Below, piece by piece: positions 52,801-64,000 of a DNA stretch of 64,000 nt. This DNA comes from Gordius albopunctatus (Eukaryota). Numbering within the stretch: the stretch's first letter is position 1; each line of letters begins with the position of its first letter. The stretch spans positions 16,740,001 through 16,804,000 of the forward strand of contig OZ193909.1 of assembly GCA_964276515.1 (NCBI GenBank), in the 5' to 3' direction. The notes beneath the pieces are model-generated. The model was not told the DNA's origin, made no database searches, and saw nothing but the letters and a program-made list of their open reading frames with translations. A program made the position numbers and the translations under genes.

Positions 52801-53852
52801 AGCTCTGGTAGTTGGCAAGGATTTAATTAATGAAAATATTGTCGTCCACCTTTTACATCCCAATGGTCCATCCAAGTCATTTTTTTTCCCGCCAAAATTA
52901 GATAAAATAAACATTAAAAAATCGGATGTTATAATGACAATGTCTCCGTACACAATCACGGGACGTAGTTACACACTTTCTGCACAAGAAATGGATTTGG
53001 CTACTACGCAACTACATAAAATGTAGCTTGAGAAGCAATTTATTATTTATTATAATAAAGAATATTTATACAATTTTTATTGAACATGAATTAGATAATA
53101 AAAATTATTTATTACGGTATATCTTTAACGAATGTTCGAAGACAAAGTTTACCCTAACCCTGTATAATTTAGATAAAAAGTCATAATGTAATATCAAATT
53201 CCCTTAATTTGTTTTTAATTAAGTCAATATTTAAGAATTTTTCATAAGGTTATATTCCAACTTTGTTTATTTATCAGATATATCTTTATGTGGCCCTTTA
53301 ATAATAAAGTATAGTTAAAATATCAGATTCGCAATAGTTGTTTATAGCGCCACCTATAAATTAATTTAATTTATTAGTGTTTTTTCGATTTCCTGACCAC
53401 CTCATAGCCGTCCCCAAACTTTTTATTTTAGAAATTTGATATTTGGGCATAGGGGAATCCCCATGGTGAATTTGGTGATTATAGCTGGTGGCGAAGTAAG
53501 TTTTTTTGGTTTTCCACAAATTTAACCACAAAACTTTAACCACAAAAGTTTGAGGTTTTAGGTTACATTTTTCTGGTAGAGAATTTTATAAGGATTAAAA
53601 TGCAATAAAATTTACGAAGCTAGAACCAATACTTTTGAAATTATGGCAATAATAGTAAAATTTGTAAAACGCACTCGAGCGTGATTTTGGCCATTTTAGC
53701 GTCCATAACTTAAAAAGTATTGGCCCAAAATGGTTAAAATTTTCAGAAATTACTATTTCCTATAGGGTCTAAATTCTCACAAAAAATCAGCTCGATCTGA
53801 GATGGTGGGCCGAAAATCGTCTTTTTTTTGACGAAACGACATGGAATGGCCC
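49866..53852 (+). mobile_element. Full-length DNA transposon with ~690-bp TIRs, Sola2-like
   Basis: GGG...CCC termini; near-identical inverted arms ~49866-50554 / ~53156-53852 flank one intact ORF. Family assignment is from memory of motifs. Confidence 0.8.
50759..53026 (+). CDS. Intact DDD-type transposase (755 aa from ATG 50759)
   Basis: N-terminal CCNPF..H/CDTC, central CVC..H/C...C..C zinc motifs, and candidate catalytic DFAENY, FSDGSAAQYKN and SHGKSPCDG. Confidence 0.85.
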   Translation: MHKTTYCCNPFKTHKGKIKGIRNVSKWMTFLDPNAKLCDTCRKLIYQRRDIPNINPSVDPSFSPPINEIIDKAGPSIQALNTSLSMIAESPIKMKRFVEKKYPSRKLAKIKKSLATTLEIVEENNQLSVDSELLDSMKSSFHSLNKSNKYRILTLLPDSWTAQKIKTIFNVSYYMARRAKKLKLEKGILSTPNLQPGKTLSSFEIELVEQFYLSDDFSRVMAGKKDFISMLVNKKKTKVQKRLVLLNLKELYLQFKEANPSVQLGFSKFAELRPKNCILAGVSGSHNVCVCQYHQNVKLMMIGANFNKLTSNDMYPLKTYKDILAKIICNPPLPLCYLGKCLHCPGVINIKQRISEIFKSSDIEYIKYKQWLSVDRTTLENLNKHSEDFLEDFCEKIGHLLYHSFIAEQQAMFLKNLKLNLNCSEVIILNDFAENYSFVVQDAVQAYHWTNVQATIHPFVAYYKKGDELKCATFIMISECLQHNTASYSAFQKRFINFLLQELDFQPNKFYYFSDGSAAQYKNRKNTINLCHHIDDHGIKAEWHFFATSHGKSPCDGAAGTLKRLAYKASLQKPFENQITQPFELFEWAKRSLTNISFGYMSNDEVKQEELRLVSRFNRARPIAGMQKLHALIPIDRKSVKTKTYSNSNEYFKEEIQRADEIDLAYLNGYVACKYQSKWWLALVVGKDLINENIVVHLLHPNGPSKSFFFPPKLDKINIKKSDVIMTMSPYTITGRSYTLSAQEMDLATTQLHKM

Positions 53853-56827
53853 ATTTACCAATTGAACATGATTTTAAAAGTTGTTTTTATCGTTTTGAAC
53901 TGACCCTAAGTACTTTACTAAGTTTATACAAGATTTTAAGCTAATTGTTGTAATAACTCTATTATTCCCACATTTGCTAAAATTGACTTGTGGACCATTG
54001 TAGGGATGACAAAAATCAAGCGTACTATTTTTAAGCCACCCTACACTGCAGGTTGCCCTGTTCTGTTGGGTTCCATTCATCTCCTTTTTCCTTGATTGGG
54101 GGGGGGCGTTAAAATTTAGGGTGGCCCGTCAACGTGCCGAATTGAATGTCGCAATGTTAAAAAATGTCCCCCAACAAAAAAGCATACTAATCATTTAATT
54201 TCTAATTAAAGTTATTATTTAGGTATTTTTTATAATACAATTGGTAATCATTATAAAAGGTATACTCAATTTAGGGCCTCCTTTATGATAATGGGGAGAT
54301 GTTTTTGGCGAGTTGATAAGCCACCCTAAATTTAGTATATTTTGCAATTATTTTAATACATCGACCATTAACCGATTGAGTACCACCCCACTTTTTCTTT
54401 GTTTCTCCGGCTTAAACATTGACCTATAAGGCAATAGACCGACAAGACAACCACCTGATTTTTGCCCTAAAATTATCGAGTGGTGAGATTTTTTCGTTGT
54501 GCGCGATTGTGCAGGTATAATTGCGAAAGTTATGGGATAAATATGATAACACAAAGGATTGTCCCGGGGAAAGTTTAGCATTTAATAATTCAACAAAATA
54601 AAAAACGTTTATAGTTTGTTAAAAGGTACGTCAAACGCGGTGGCTTGCAGCCCTAATTAGCTGGTCGCTAAACTAATAGTCCATCCGTGGTCTTAATGAA
54701 TATCAATGAATCCTCAATTTTAGACCCCTAACAGTCGCGCGTACTTATAATTTTAACCTCAAAATTATTATTGTCGTGTAGAGGAAGGACTCTCTTGGGT
54801 CCAATTAGTTAAGGAGGAATAGTATATGGTTGGTGACGTAGTCGCCTTTTCCTACGCTATCGCATTACTTAATTTTAACGAAGAAAAACCTTTCCTATTT
54901 CCTATCCTATATTATTTTAACCTACCTACATTTCCCCCTTTTACTAGCGATGGGTTGGTTTGCCAAGGGAAATTTTAATTTTTTAATATTGCGTGTTATG
55001 TATTATAATTATAAGTATGCAATGGCTTAGCAGGGAGGGGCCGCTGCCCCCCTCTAAATCCAAAAAATTGTTGAAATTTTACATGGCTCAAAGTCAATAT
55101 ATTAACTATTAGAGACCTGCAACGGGCCTGTTTAGGTCAGTCGGCCCCGTAATAAAAATTTAAAAGCCCGGCCCGGGCCCGACTGGTTACGCCGATGCAG
55201 CTACGCTTCTTTATACGTGAAATTTTACCTTTTTTGTCCTCCATTTTTAAGGTCAACAATTTATTCCTACCTTTGGCTGTTTTAGGCACAACTTTGATAT
55301 TTTTTGTCAGGGACAATTATATTTTTGGTACTGTTATTCCTTTACCAAATTACAAAAAAAAATAATGTCATAATAGTTAAAATCTTGCAATTTCGCTTGG
55401 GGGACAGAAAGCCGGGTTATTTATCGTATGAGCGGCGGTCTAAGGGGAATTATTAGCATAAGTGCTTGAGGGTTCGTGTCGTGTGTAAGTTTACCGACTA
55501 AATTATATTTGTGCTTCGGTCGTCATTGTGGTAATTGAATCACGTAGGCACTATTTTAGAGGCTGGGTATGATCGAGTGTATGAGAAATAGTATTATATA
55601 TGGAATTTTTTAAGCAATTCAGTATTTTGGTTACTGTACGTATTTTCAATCAACGCGGAAATATGTTTTAAGGATTTTTTTAGTTCGTCGTTTGGGGGGA
55701 AGAAATTGAGGCTTCCCTCAGATTTTTGCTGAAAATAATTAATATGTATGCTATGAAAGAAGGTAAAATACTAAAAATACTCTATATCGTTTTGATGGGT
55801 ATAGATAGAGAGCCTAACAAATCTTAAAAATTGGCTGTAGTAGCTGCCCCCCTTCAATAAGCATCGATATATTATCAAGTTTTAAATGGGATGATATGTG
55901 TGCAATGCAATAGATGGAAAAAACGTGAGAAAGAAATAAGATTTCATTTTGCATTTAATCATGTTATATTGGGGTTTGTACCAAAATTTGCCAATAAGAG
56001 GAGATTAGGGTGCTACCCCCACCACTGCGCTTACATAATACACCTCGAGGTTCAAAGGCACTCTCTTTAAACAAACACAGAGGTATTTTAGGTTTACGCT
56101 CCAAGTGCCCCCCCTACCTTAGACTTTTGCCCATTAAAACCATTTAGTGAAGAAGGCTTAACGAAAATTCCTTCCTTTTTTCCAGTGTTGAAAATTGTGA
56201 TATCAAGGTAAGTCGAATGAGCCGGTCCTACGCCAATTCAAGGAAAGAAGAATGTTCGTACTATATTGACGTTTGAACGTCAAGATCCACATTTTTACTA
56301 CAATGAAGCGCAAATTGATTTACTCTTATGAACGTAGATAAAATCCTTATTAAATAGAGCAAAATGTACGGCAAGAGTTTGAAGAGTTAAACAAAATATT
56401 TTCGTTTGAAGAGTCACAGATACTTGTATTGTTTTAATTTAAGTGAATGGAGGGGGGGGGTTTCACTAAACGACACTATCAATCTAAAACTTTTCAGAGG
56501 ATTGTCATTTTAATCCGTTTATCGGGTCAGGTTCTGTCTGGGTACCTTACGCAACAATAAATCTGTTTTAAAAAGAAAATGATGCAAAACGAAAGTCTTT
56601 GGAGCTCAATTTAATACATCACCTATTATTTTTTACAAATTGGTTTATTTTTAGCCTGCATTTAGTGTTACGATGAAATATTTGGGATCTTTTTTATGCA
56701 TTTCTAAACGTGAAACAATTGTGCATATATACTTTTTTTAAAGTAATTACTTTTAGCTTACTTACTTCTTTAAAAATAACACTTATTAAAATTTTGTACT
56801 TATTTTATAAATTACATTTCTTTAAAG

Positions 56828-57876
56828 CCTTGATATACGCTTGCGTGGGCATTTTCGTCTTTTCGGTGCTGTACGAAGGCCTTAAAGTATTCCGAGAGCA
56901 CCTCATGTCTCATCCACCCTTCGCCAATGCCCGCAAGGGTCTCGGTTCGCCCGGACGTCACAAAAAAAATTGTTGCGCCTCCGGGGCTGGAACCCTCCAC
57001 GACGAAGGGGTTAGCCCTTACGCCAAGATGAACGACGTCGAGTCTCGCACCCCGACCCACTTCGCCATCGAACGCGGCTTTAAATCGTGCGATTGTCGAT
57101 CTAGGTCAGTAAACATTGCTAATAAGGAAAGTATATAAAGAGTTTACTCAAGCCATAAACTTATTAACGCGTTTCCTGGGGAAATTTAGTTTTTAATCGA
57201 AACCACTGTAATCAGCTATTCAATTAAAAATTATAAAAATGTATTAGTTTTGTTAAAATTATTAATGAATTTGTAGTCAAAATCTTTGGTCTCCAACTAA
57301 AGAAGGCTATTTTAGAGCAAACACTAAACAATTATTTTAACTAAACACGAAAATGTATTAATTTGATTAAAATTAAAAACAAATTTTTATTTAAACTTAG
57401 GTTTACAGCTAAAAAGACCCTTTTTAGACCAATATGTATCGCGACATCATTAGTTTTATGGAACAATACACCCCCCCCTCCCACCCCTTTTGGGATGCAA
57501 ATCAAACTTAAATTATAATTGTCATGTATTTTGTAAATAAAAATCTCGTACACATTCTTCTGCAGACAATTCCGCTCTTTTAAATTCCTAATTTGCTCGG
57601 TATGCCAAACCTAAAAGTTTAGAGCCTTTTGCAGAGGATAATTCCTAGTTTTTACTTCTTTTCCATTGCAGTCCCGCCTTTTCCATCCTGGATCACGGTT
57701 TGCAATCCATCCTACACATCATACAAACCGGACTCGGGTTCATGTTGATGCTCATCTTCATGACTTTCAACGTTTGGATGTGCTTCTCCCTTTTGCTGGG
57801 CGCCGGGGTCGGTTACTTTTGTTTTGCTTGGAAACGCAAAATCGCCATTGTCGACGTCACTCAACACTGCAATTGA
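56828..57876 (+). CDS. SLC31A1: CTR1-like paralog A, duplicate copy (exons 56828-57104, 57672-57876)
   Basis: Same exons as 398-1446. Confidence 0.88.
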
Positions 57877-60800
57877 TGACAACAACAACAACACACACGA
57901 TATTCACTTTGGTTTTTTTTGTGTTTAATGTAGAGCACGCAGCAGTATAACAATAAAATTTTTAATATTTATGAAACGTTGTCCTAAAGTGAACGAAAAA
58001 CAGTCCAAAATCGATTTCCACGAGCAAAGCGTTCAAAAATTTGTATAAATTCACCCGCGTTTTCCAATAGACGCCATGGCGATATTTTTTACTTTTTAAA
58101 AATCAGCTTTAAAATTAAGTAAAAGAGCTAATTGATTACAAATGATCCATTTTTCTAATTCCTGTGCACATATATTAATATATACATTACTTATAAGCAC
58201 TCTTACTCGTAATTGTATACATGCACTGAATCAAAACGCCTATGCGATTTTCATAGGTATATTTTATGTGTGAAAGGTAATTTTCCCAAGGTTTAAAGGC
58301 CATATATTTGACTGACCTTTATTTTTATTTTTTCGCTCGTTTAGTGTTTTTTATCATCATTTTTTGAATCGAAATCGTCACTTTTTTGTCATCGCGACTT
58401 AATATTACCCAAGGTCAGTTGTTTGTTTGAAATTTAATCGCGTATGGATTTTTTGTAATTTTCCAAAATTTATGATAATTCTGTTTATAAAATTTGTTAA
58501 TGTTACTCATATGGAAAATGTCTATGTAATATATATAACGTTATCTGTTTTATAATTTGGTTAATAAAGGTATCCTAGTAATATATACAAATTTTATGGT
58601 TTAAATATATGCCGTGGCAAAAAATATCGAAATCTTGATATTGAAATAGTAAATTTTGTAAAATCAACCATCTAATTTTACCCTTCTAGTATTAATTTCT
58701 TATCTTAAATTTACAAGCTAGTATAGTTGTCAGAGACCAAAAAAGCCCTCTTTTTTATTTGATGTGTAATGTTTATTAATCCTAGTTTAGATTTAAAAAA
58801 TACGATCATTAATTTTTTTAGTTCTTGGAAATTATAAATGAATCGCTGCTAAAAGTTCAAAAGAATTTCGGGCCGAGCACCTCTAATGATTTGTGCATGA
58901 TTAGACCAACATTTAGAAGGGATCGGGTGGACAAAGCTATGAAATCAGAACCGGCCAGGTTATGGCTTAAAATTTTTTACAAATCTGATATCATAGTTAT
59001 ATATGTAGAAAAATGATTTAATTACGCTTTGCTTGTCTAACTGTCATCGGCTACCTTTCGGGACCCTGGCTTTTTAGAAACTTTCAACAAAGTTTTTGAG
59101 GCAGAGCTTATCGCTCTTTGGATGATTACTAAGTTGAACTGTATAAAATATTCCATTCTGTCATATCCTAGTTCAATCTTTTTTAATTTTTATAAAAATT
59201 GGAAAACTATCGTAACATTATATTGCCTAAACATATTATATATAGAGAGGGGTGCAAATAAAATAATTTATAGGTCGCCAATCTGACCTGACTCTTTGCG
59301 CCCAGTCCGACCCCGCTCTAAATAAAAAGATGACCAGCGGTTTATCTCAGCCAAGGAAGAATATAAAAAAATGATTTTGGATATAAATATCACAAACCAT
59401 GTTCGAAGATTAAAATTATAGAAAAGATACCGGAAACGAGTACGAATCTTAATAGAATCTTTATGATGGATTTGTCTAAAACTACTTGAGAATTTAAAAT
59501 ATTCATATTTGAATCAATTCAACTCAAATTTTAAATTTTTCTAACCGTGTTATTTAACAATGTGCTATCCTTGTAGGACTATAAATGCATCGAATGTTGG
59601 GGAAAAAATTTAAATTCAGCGTAAAAATGTATTTTTTGGATCAAATATGCCTTTACTTGTTTAGGACATATTTTTGTCCAGTCTGGTCGAAAAAAAGGAT
59701 GTGCCCCACTCTCCCCTCCAACCAATTTATTTTGCTGAGGCAGGCCGGATCGCGCATTCTTTTTAATTTATATCATATGAACTGTAAACATCTAATATAG
59801 TCACCTAATTTTATACGTCCTAAAATTATTATAATAAAAATTATTTTTTACTAATTATTCTACGTAACGTATGACTGTATAATTTTATAAATATCTAAAA
59901 AAGTGAAATTATAAATTTTTTAAAATATTCCATCATATAAAGCAGCGTTATTATAATTTATTCAATTAAATTAAATGTAGTGCCAATTCAAAAAATATCG
60001 TAAAAAAACTTTTTGCTTATACCATTTTGTTCTAATACTGGTATTAAATATAAGCAACGGTCAGAATTAATTTGCTAAGAATTATATAGCCAATTTCGCA
60101 ATTATCCGATCTAGAATTAAAACCTAGACAAGTTGCCCAAAGGAAATATATAAGGTAATGAATTCGGTAGAAAATCAATAATGGAATTTGAGCCCGGGCA
60201 AGGGCGAAAAAAGTAAGGACAATCATCGGTCATTAGGTGAGCTATTTGCGAAAGCAAAATAAAAGTCTTTTACAGAAGCATAAGTCCACAGGCATTAACA
60301 CCCCGTACAAGTTTCCACTGAAATTATTCAAAAATTACAGTTTAACAGGGCGGACGGAATGAACGGACAACTAAAAGCGAGCCCATAAATTGTATAGCAA
60401 TTAATTTCAAATATACACTCGCTTCTAAACTCAAATTCCACTCTCTTTTCCACCCATATAGGATATATTGAGAGCCACGAGAGATTAAATTTCAACCTCA
60501 TTAATTCTAGCATAAAAGGCGATTTCTACATGGCTAAAACTTATAAATAATGTATTGTAGAAAACTGTCAAACGTCAACACCTATATCCATATTTTGGTA
60601 CATTTTAGGAATTAAAACTCTACACCTGGTCAAGCCGTAGTGACATAATGACTCCTAAATTTATTTTAATATATTAAAGATGATAACATGAGTGTAAATA
60701 TAAAAATAATGCCGGAATTATTTAGATGGTCCGTGGCGCTATTTAATTTTACCCATACACGCATAATTATTTCAAGTGCTGTGCATATAGCCTTCTCAAG

Positions 60801-61713
60801 CTATATTATATATCATAAGAAACAAAATTTGTCCTATATGATAGCTTTAACCTTTTAATCTGACATTTGCTTCACAAGTTTTATAAAATTTTCAGCAAAA
60901 CTTCATTTCGTTCTAAAAATTCAAGAATATCATAGATGCCTGAGATTATACCTATATTGAAACGAGTCTTGTGATAACTATTGGACTCAAAAAACTTTTC
61001 ATAGGAAATTGACAGACTTAAAACTAGGCCTTAAAACTTATCATTAAATTTTTATAAAAAATATATAATTTTTAGATTTAAGGTATTTACAAGTGCCTTT
61101 TATGCTGGATGTAATTATTTTTGTTATTTAAATAATTTCATTTACAATTAAGGATATTTTATTGCCAATGGGTTTATATTTATGATGAAAAATATTTTAA
61201 TGTCAATGGGGGGGGGGGGTCCCGTATAGGCCAATAAAACAATAGACCGCCGAAAAGCTAATAATTTTTTAGCAAGTATAGAAACCGCCATTTTGTTGGA
61301 AATTGTAACCAAAAAACATAATTCAACATTATTTATTGTCTTATTCTACATATTTTTTAAATTTATAGATTAAGCTAATAGTCTTATTTTATTTCTTAAT
61401 GAATATATGGTATAAAAGTGGAAATATACCTGTGGTTAAGTTTTTCCTTAAAAATGGCAGCTATAATAATGTCGAAATGATTTTAATAGTAAAAATCAGC
61501 TGTTCAGCAGTCTATGTTTTTATTAGTCTATGGTATGTATGTATAAGCCCCGATGACAAACAAGAGCTTAGCTAAATCGTCAAGCTAAGATTGAGTCCCA
61601 TCTGACACCATAGGTGCATCTCGGGCCTTATTAGTCTATGGGTTCCCCTTATTATTCGCCCCACGACGATCATTTGTATCGCTACGCCGCTGAAGTGGAA
61701 TCGGACACTTGAA

Positions 61714-62592
61714 ATGCACCACGATATGGAGTAACATACAATGTCTTTTAAATTCAATTTTTTTGATAATAACACACCGAAAACCGTAAATAATAAAATA
61801 ACAACTAAATATAATGCCGAAATAATTGATTTTTATTGTGACAATAATTTGGAAATGTCACTAACGTCATCAGTTGGTCTGAAGTATTTGCCATCATATA
61901 ATTATTCAAATTTTTCTAAAATACATCCTGGGATAGCCATTTCTGACATAATTCCTGATGAGTATGAAGGTGGATATAAGATTTGGGAATGCACCTATGA
62001 TTTATATAATTATTTAAACAAAATGGATTTCAAACAAAAACATGTTTTAGACCTTGGATGTGGTTCTGGTTTTTTAGGAATTTTGGCACTTAAAAATAAT
62101 GCAGAAGGAGTTACTTTTCAAGATTATAACAAAGATGTTTTGCAAAATTTTACTATGCCCAATATTAAATTGAATATTGATACTATTAAGTATGATAAAT
62201 GTATTTTTGTTGCTGGTGATTGGATAAGCATAATTGAAAAGAAGGTGTTTGAGAAAAAATTGGATGTTATCTTAACATCTGAAACAATTTATAATCCTCA
62301 GAACAACTTAAAATTATATGAACTATTAAAACATTCTTTGCAAACAAATGGCCAGATATTCATTGCAGCTAAATCACATTACTTTGGCATAGGTGGTAAT
62401 GTAAAAAGTTTTTTAGAGTTAATAGACAAAGACAACTATTTTGATTACAATATTTGTTGGAAATCAATTGATGGAGTGCCACGTTTAATTATTCTTTTAA
62501 AATGTTCTTTAACAGGATGATGAAAAATTATTTCCATTTTGGAATGAATGATATCATTCTCTTCAAAAATTGGAAGCCTACCACTACTGGAG
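61714..62592 (+). CDS. CTR paralog B exons 1-2, duplicate copy (61714-61730, 62516-62592); continues beyond window
   Basis: Same sequence as 5284-5300 and 6086-6162. Confidence 0.82.
61741..62520 (+). CDS. METTL18: METTL18-like histidine methyltransferase, duplicate copy
   Basis: Identical translation to 5311-6090. Confidence 0.92.
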   Translation: MSFKFNFFDNNTPKTVNNKITTKYNAEIIDFYCDNNLEMSLTSSVGLKYLPSYNYSNFSKIHPGIAISDIIPDEYEGGYKIWECTYDLYNYLNKMDFKQKHVLDLGCGSGFLGILALKNNAEGVTFQDYNKDVLQNFTMPNIKLNIDTIKYDKCIFVAGDWISIIEKKVFEKKLDVILTSETIYNPQNNLKLYELLKHSLQTNGQIFIAAKSHYFGIGGNVKSFLELIDKDNYFDYNICWKSIDGVPRLIILLKCSLTG

Positions 62593-64000
62593 GTAGTGAA
62601 TTAGAATCTATTTTTGTTATAATTAACCCTTGATTACATGTTCTTGCTCAATAAATTTATTTTAAAAATTATTCTGTTTCTTTTTGATTATAATTAATTT
62701 TGTGACAAAAACTTTTTTATATATGAATTAATTAATTTAGGGCAGTTCAACGCATCAAAAAATATTTATAAAGATGTTAATCTTTCAATTTTATTTTAGC
62801 TTAAATTTCTTGCCACCTCTTTACATCAAATTTTTACACCTTTTATTAAATATTTGAGCATTTATTTTTTGTAATATAGATTTTATAAGGTATATAAGTT
62901 GATTATACATTACTATATGATTTAAATAAACCCAACTCGAATATAAAATAAATATTTTTTACAGATTACAAATATAGCTTTTAAATTTCAGCTCATCCTC
63001 CATATCAACAATAATTTTTTTATCATAATTTTAGATTTTATTTTAATATTAAAACTTAAATGAATTTTACTATTATATAGGTAAATCTGATTTTTTTATT
63101 CTATATTTATAAGGTAAATTAATTCAAATATAAAATTTGCCAAAAAGTTTTATTAATAAAAGTTGAATTCAGGTCGGGCCAAAAATGAAAAATTGGTTGG
63201 GCCCGGCCAAAATAAAAAGTCCTGCTTGGGCGAAAATAATTTATTTCCCAGGTCTCTATGCGTAGTACAACTAAAATTATGTTTTATTCCACAGAAACAA
63301 TGCAATTTATGTTTATCCCTCAATCAAAATAAATGTTTTTGAATTATCCTTTAAACTTTTAAAAAGGGACATCTTGCTTGCCAGATGTGAACAAAGCATT
63401 ATTGCTTACATTTATTTTAGCCAGTTTAGGTAAGAAAACTAAAAGCTATATACCTTTAATTTTAAACAATCCCGAGTTTAGAGTGCATGAGTGTATAGTA
63501 GTTGTAAAAAGGACTGCCTTTTCTCTTAGTCGCTTTCCAGCCTTAGTCAAAATTTTAAAAAAAATAGACCAGATTCGCCCGTTAATCAACAAAACCTAGG
63601 CGTTTTTACAACACTAGTTTATAGCAACAAAAGACACTATATACCTGATACACACGAGTTGATGATCAAAATATTATTACAAATGGTAGAAAGACACCTA
63701 ATTGAATTTTTAATGGTTTAACCATAGAGGTTAGAAACTTTTTCATACTACTATTTTTTGGGATTCCTTCTTTATGATAGACTTCTGTGATTTCAAATTT
63801 TAAAATGCTTTTTAAAAAATGAGACGTTATTAATATCTTTGTCAGAATTAAAAATGGAATTCTGTGTGATATGAAAAGGATTTCTTGTTTTGATAAAAAT
63901 GTGAAATAGGGCGAAAATAGGTAAATTATCATTAAACAATGAAACTAAAAATTTAGAAAGTACCTATATTTTACTCAAGATGAAAGTTTTAACTAAGCAC

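Larger units (their letters stand above)
56430..64000 (+). repeat. Near-identical second copy of window positions 1-7570
   Basis: ORF track repeats at offset 56430; only isolated differences seen (e.g. gatccg/aatccg near 81, cggtcc/cagtcc near 1572). Confidence 0.98.

Noticed and set aside
6162..56828. CTR-B exon 2 splicing to CTR-A exons of the downstream duplicate
   Set aside because: Phase-compatible, but needs a 50-kb intron across several same-strand genes; no supporting evidence.

Overview
AT-rich eukaryotic (invertebrate-like) genomic DNA with GT-AG introns; no prokaryotic features. The + strand carries two tandem CTR/SLC31 copper-transporter paralogs, an intronless METTL18-like histidine methyltransferase, SAP30BP, a 7-exon orphan gene with a signal-peptide-like start, and a weaker second orphan exon chain. 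Transposons are dense: a degenerate CRE-type non-LTR retroelement, an intact Sola2-like DNA transposon with ~690-bp TIRs, hAT remnants, MITEs with readable TSDs, and Helentron-like elements. There are two large duplications: 16541-24929 recurs after a 200-N gap (probably an assembly artefact), and 1-7570 recurs at 56430-64000. Main discovery: the METTL18 ORF (5311-6090) fills intron 1 of the second CTR gene on the same strand. Splicing 5300->6086 gives a copper transporter (MHHDMEMMKNYFHFG...CCH); retaining the intron turns CTR exon 1 into a 6-codon uORF (MHHDME*) followed 7 nt later by METTL18, with an AATAAA just past CTR exon 2. One transcription unit may therefore yield either protein. All gene models come from manual reading of splice sites and frames; no searches were run.
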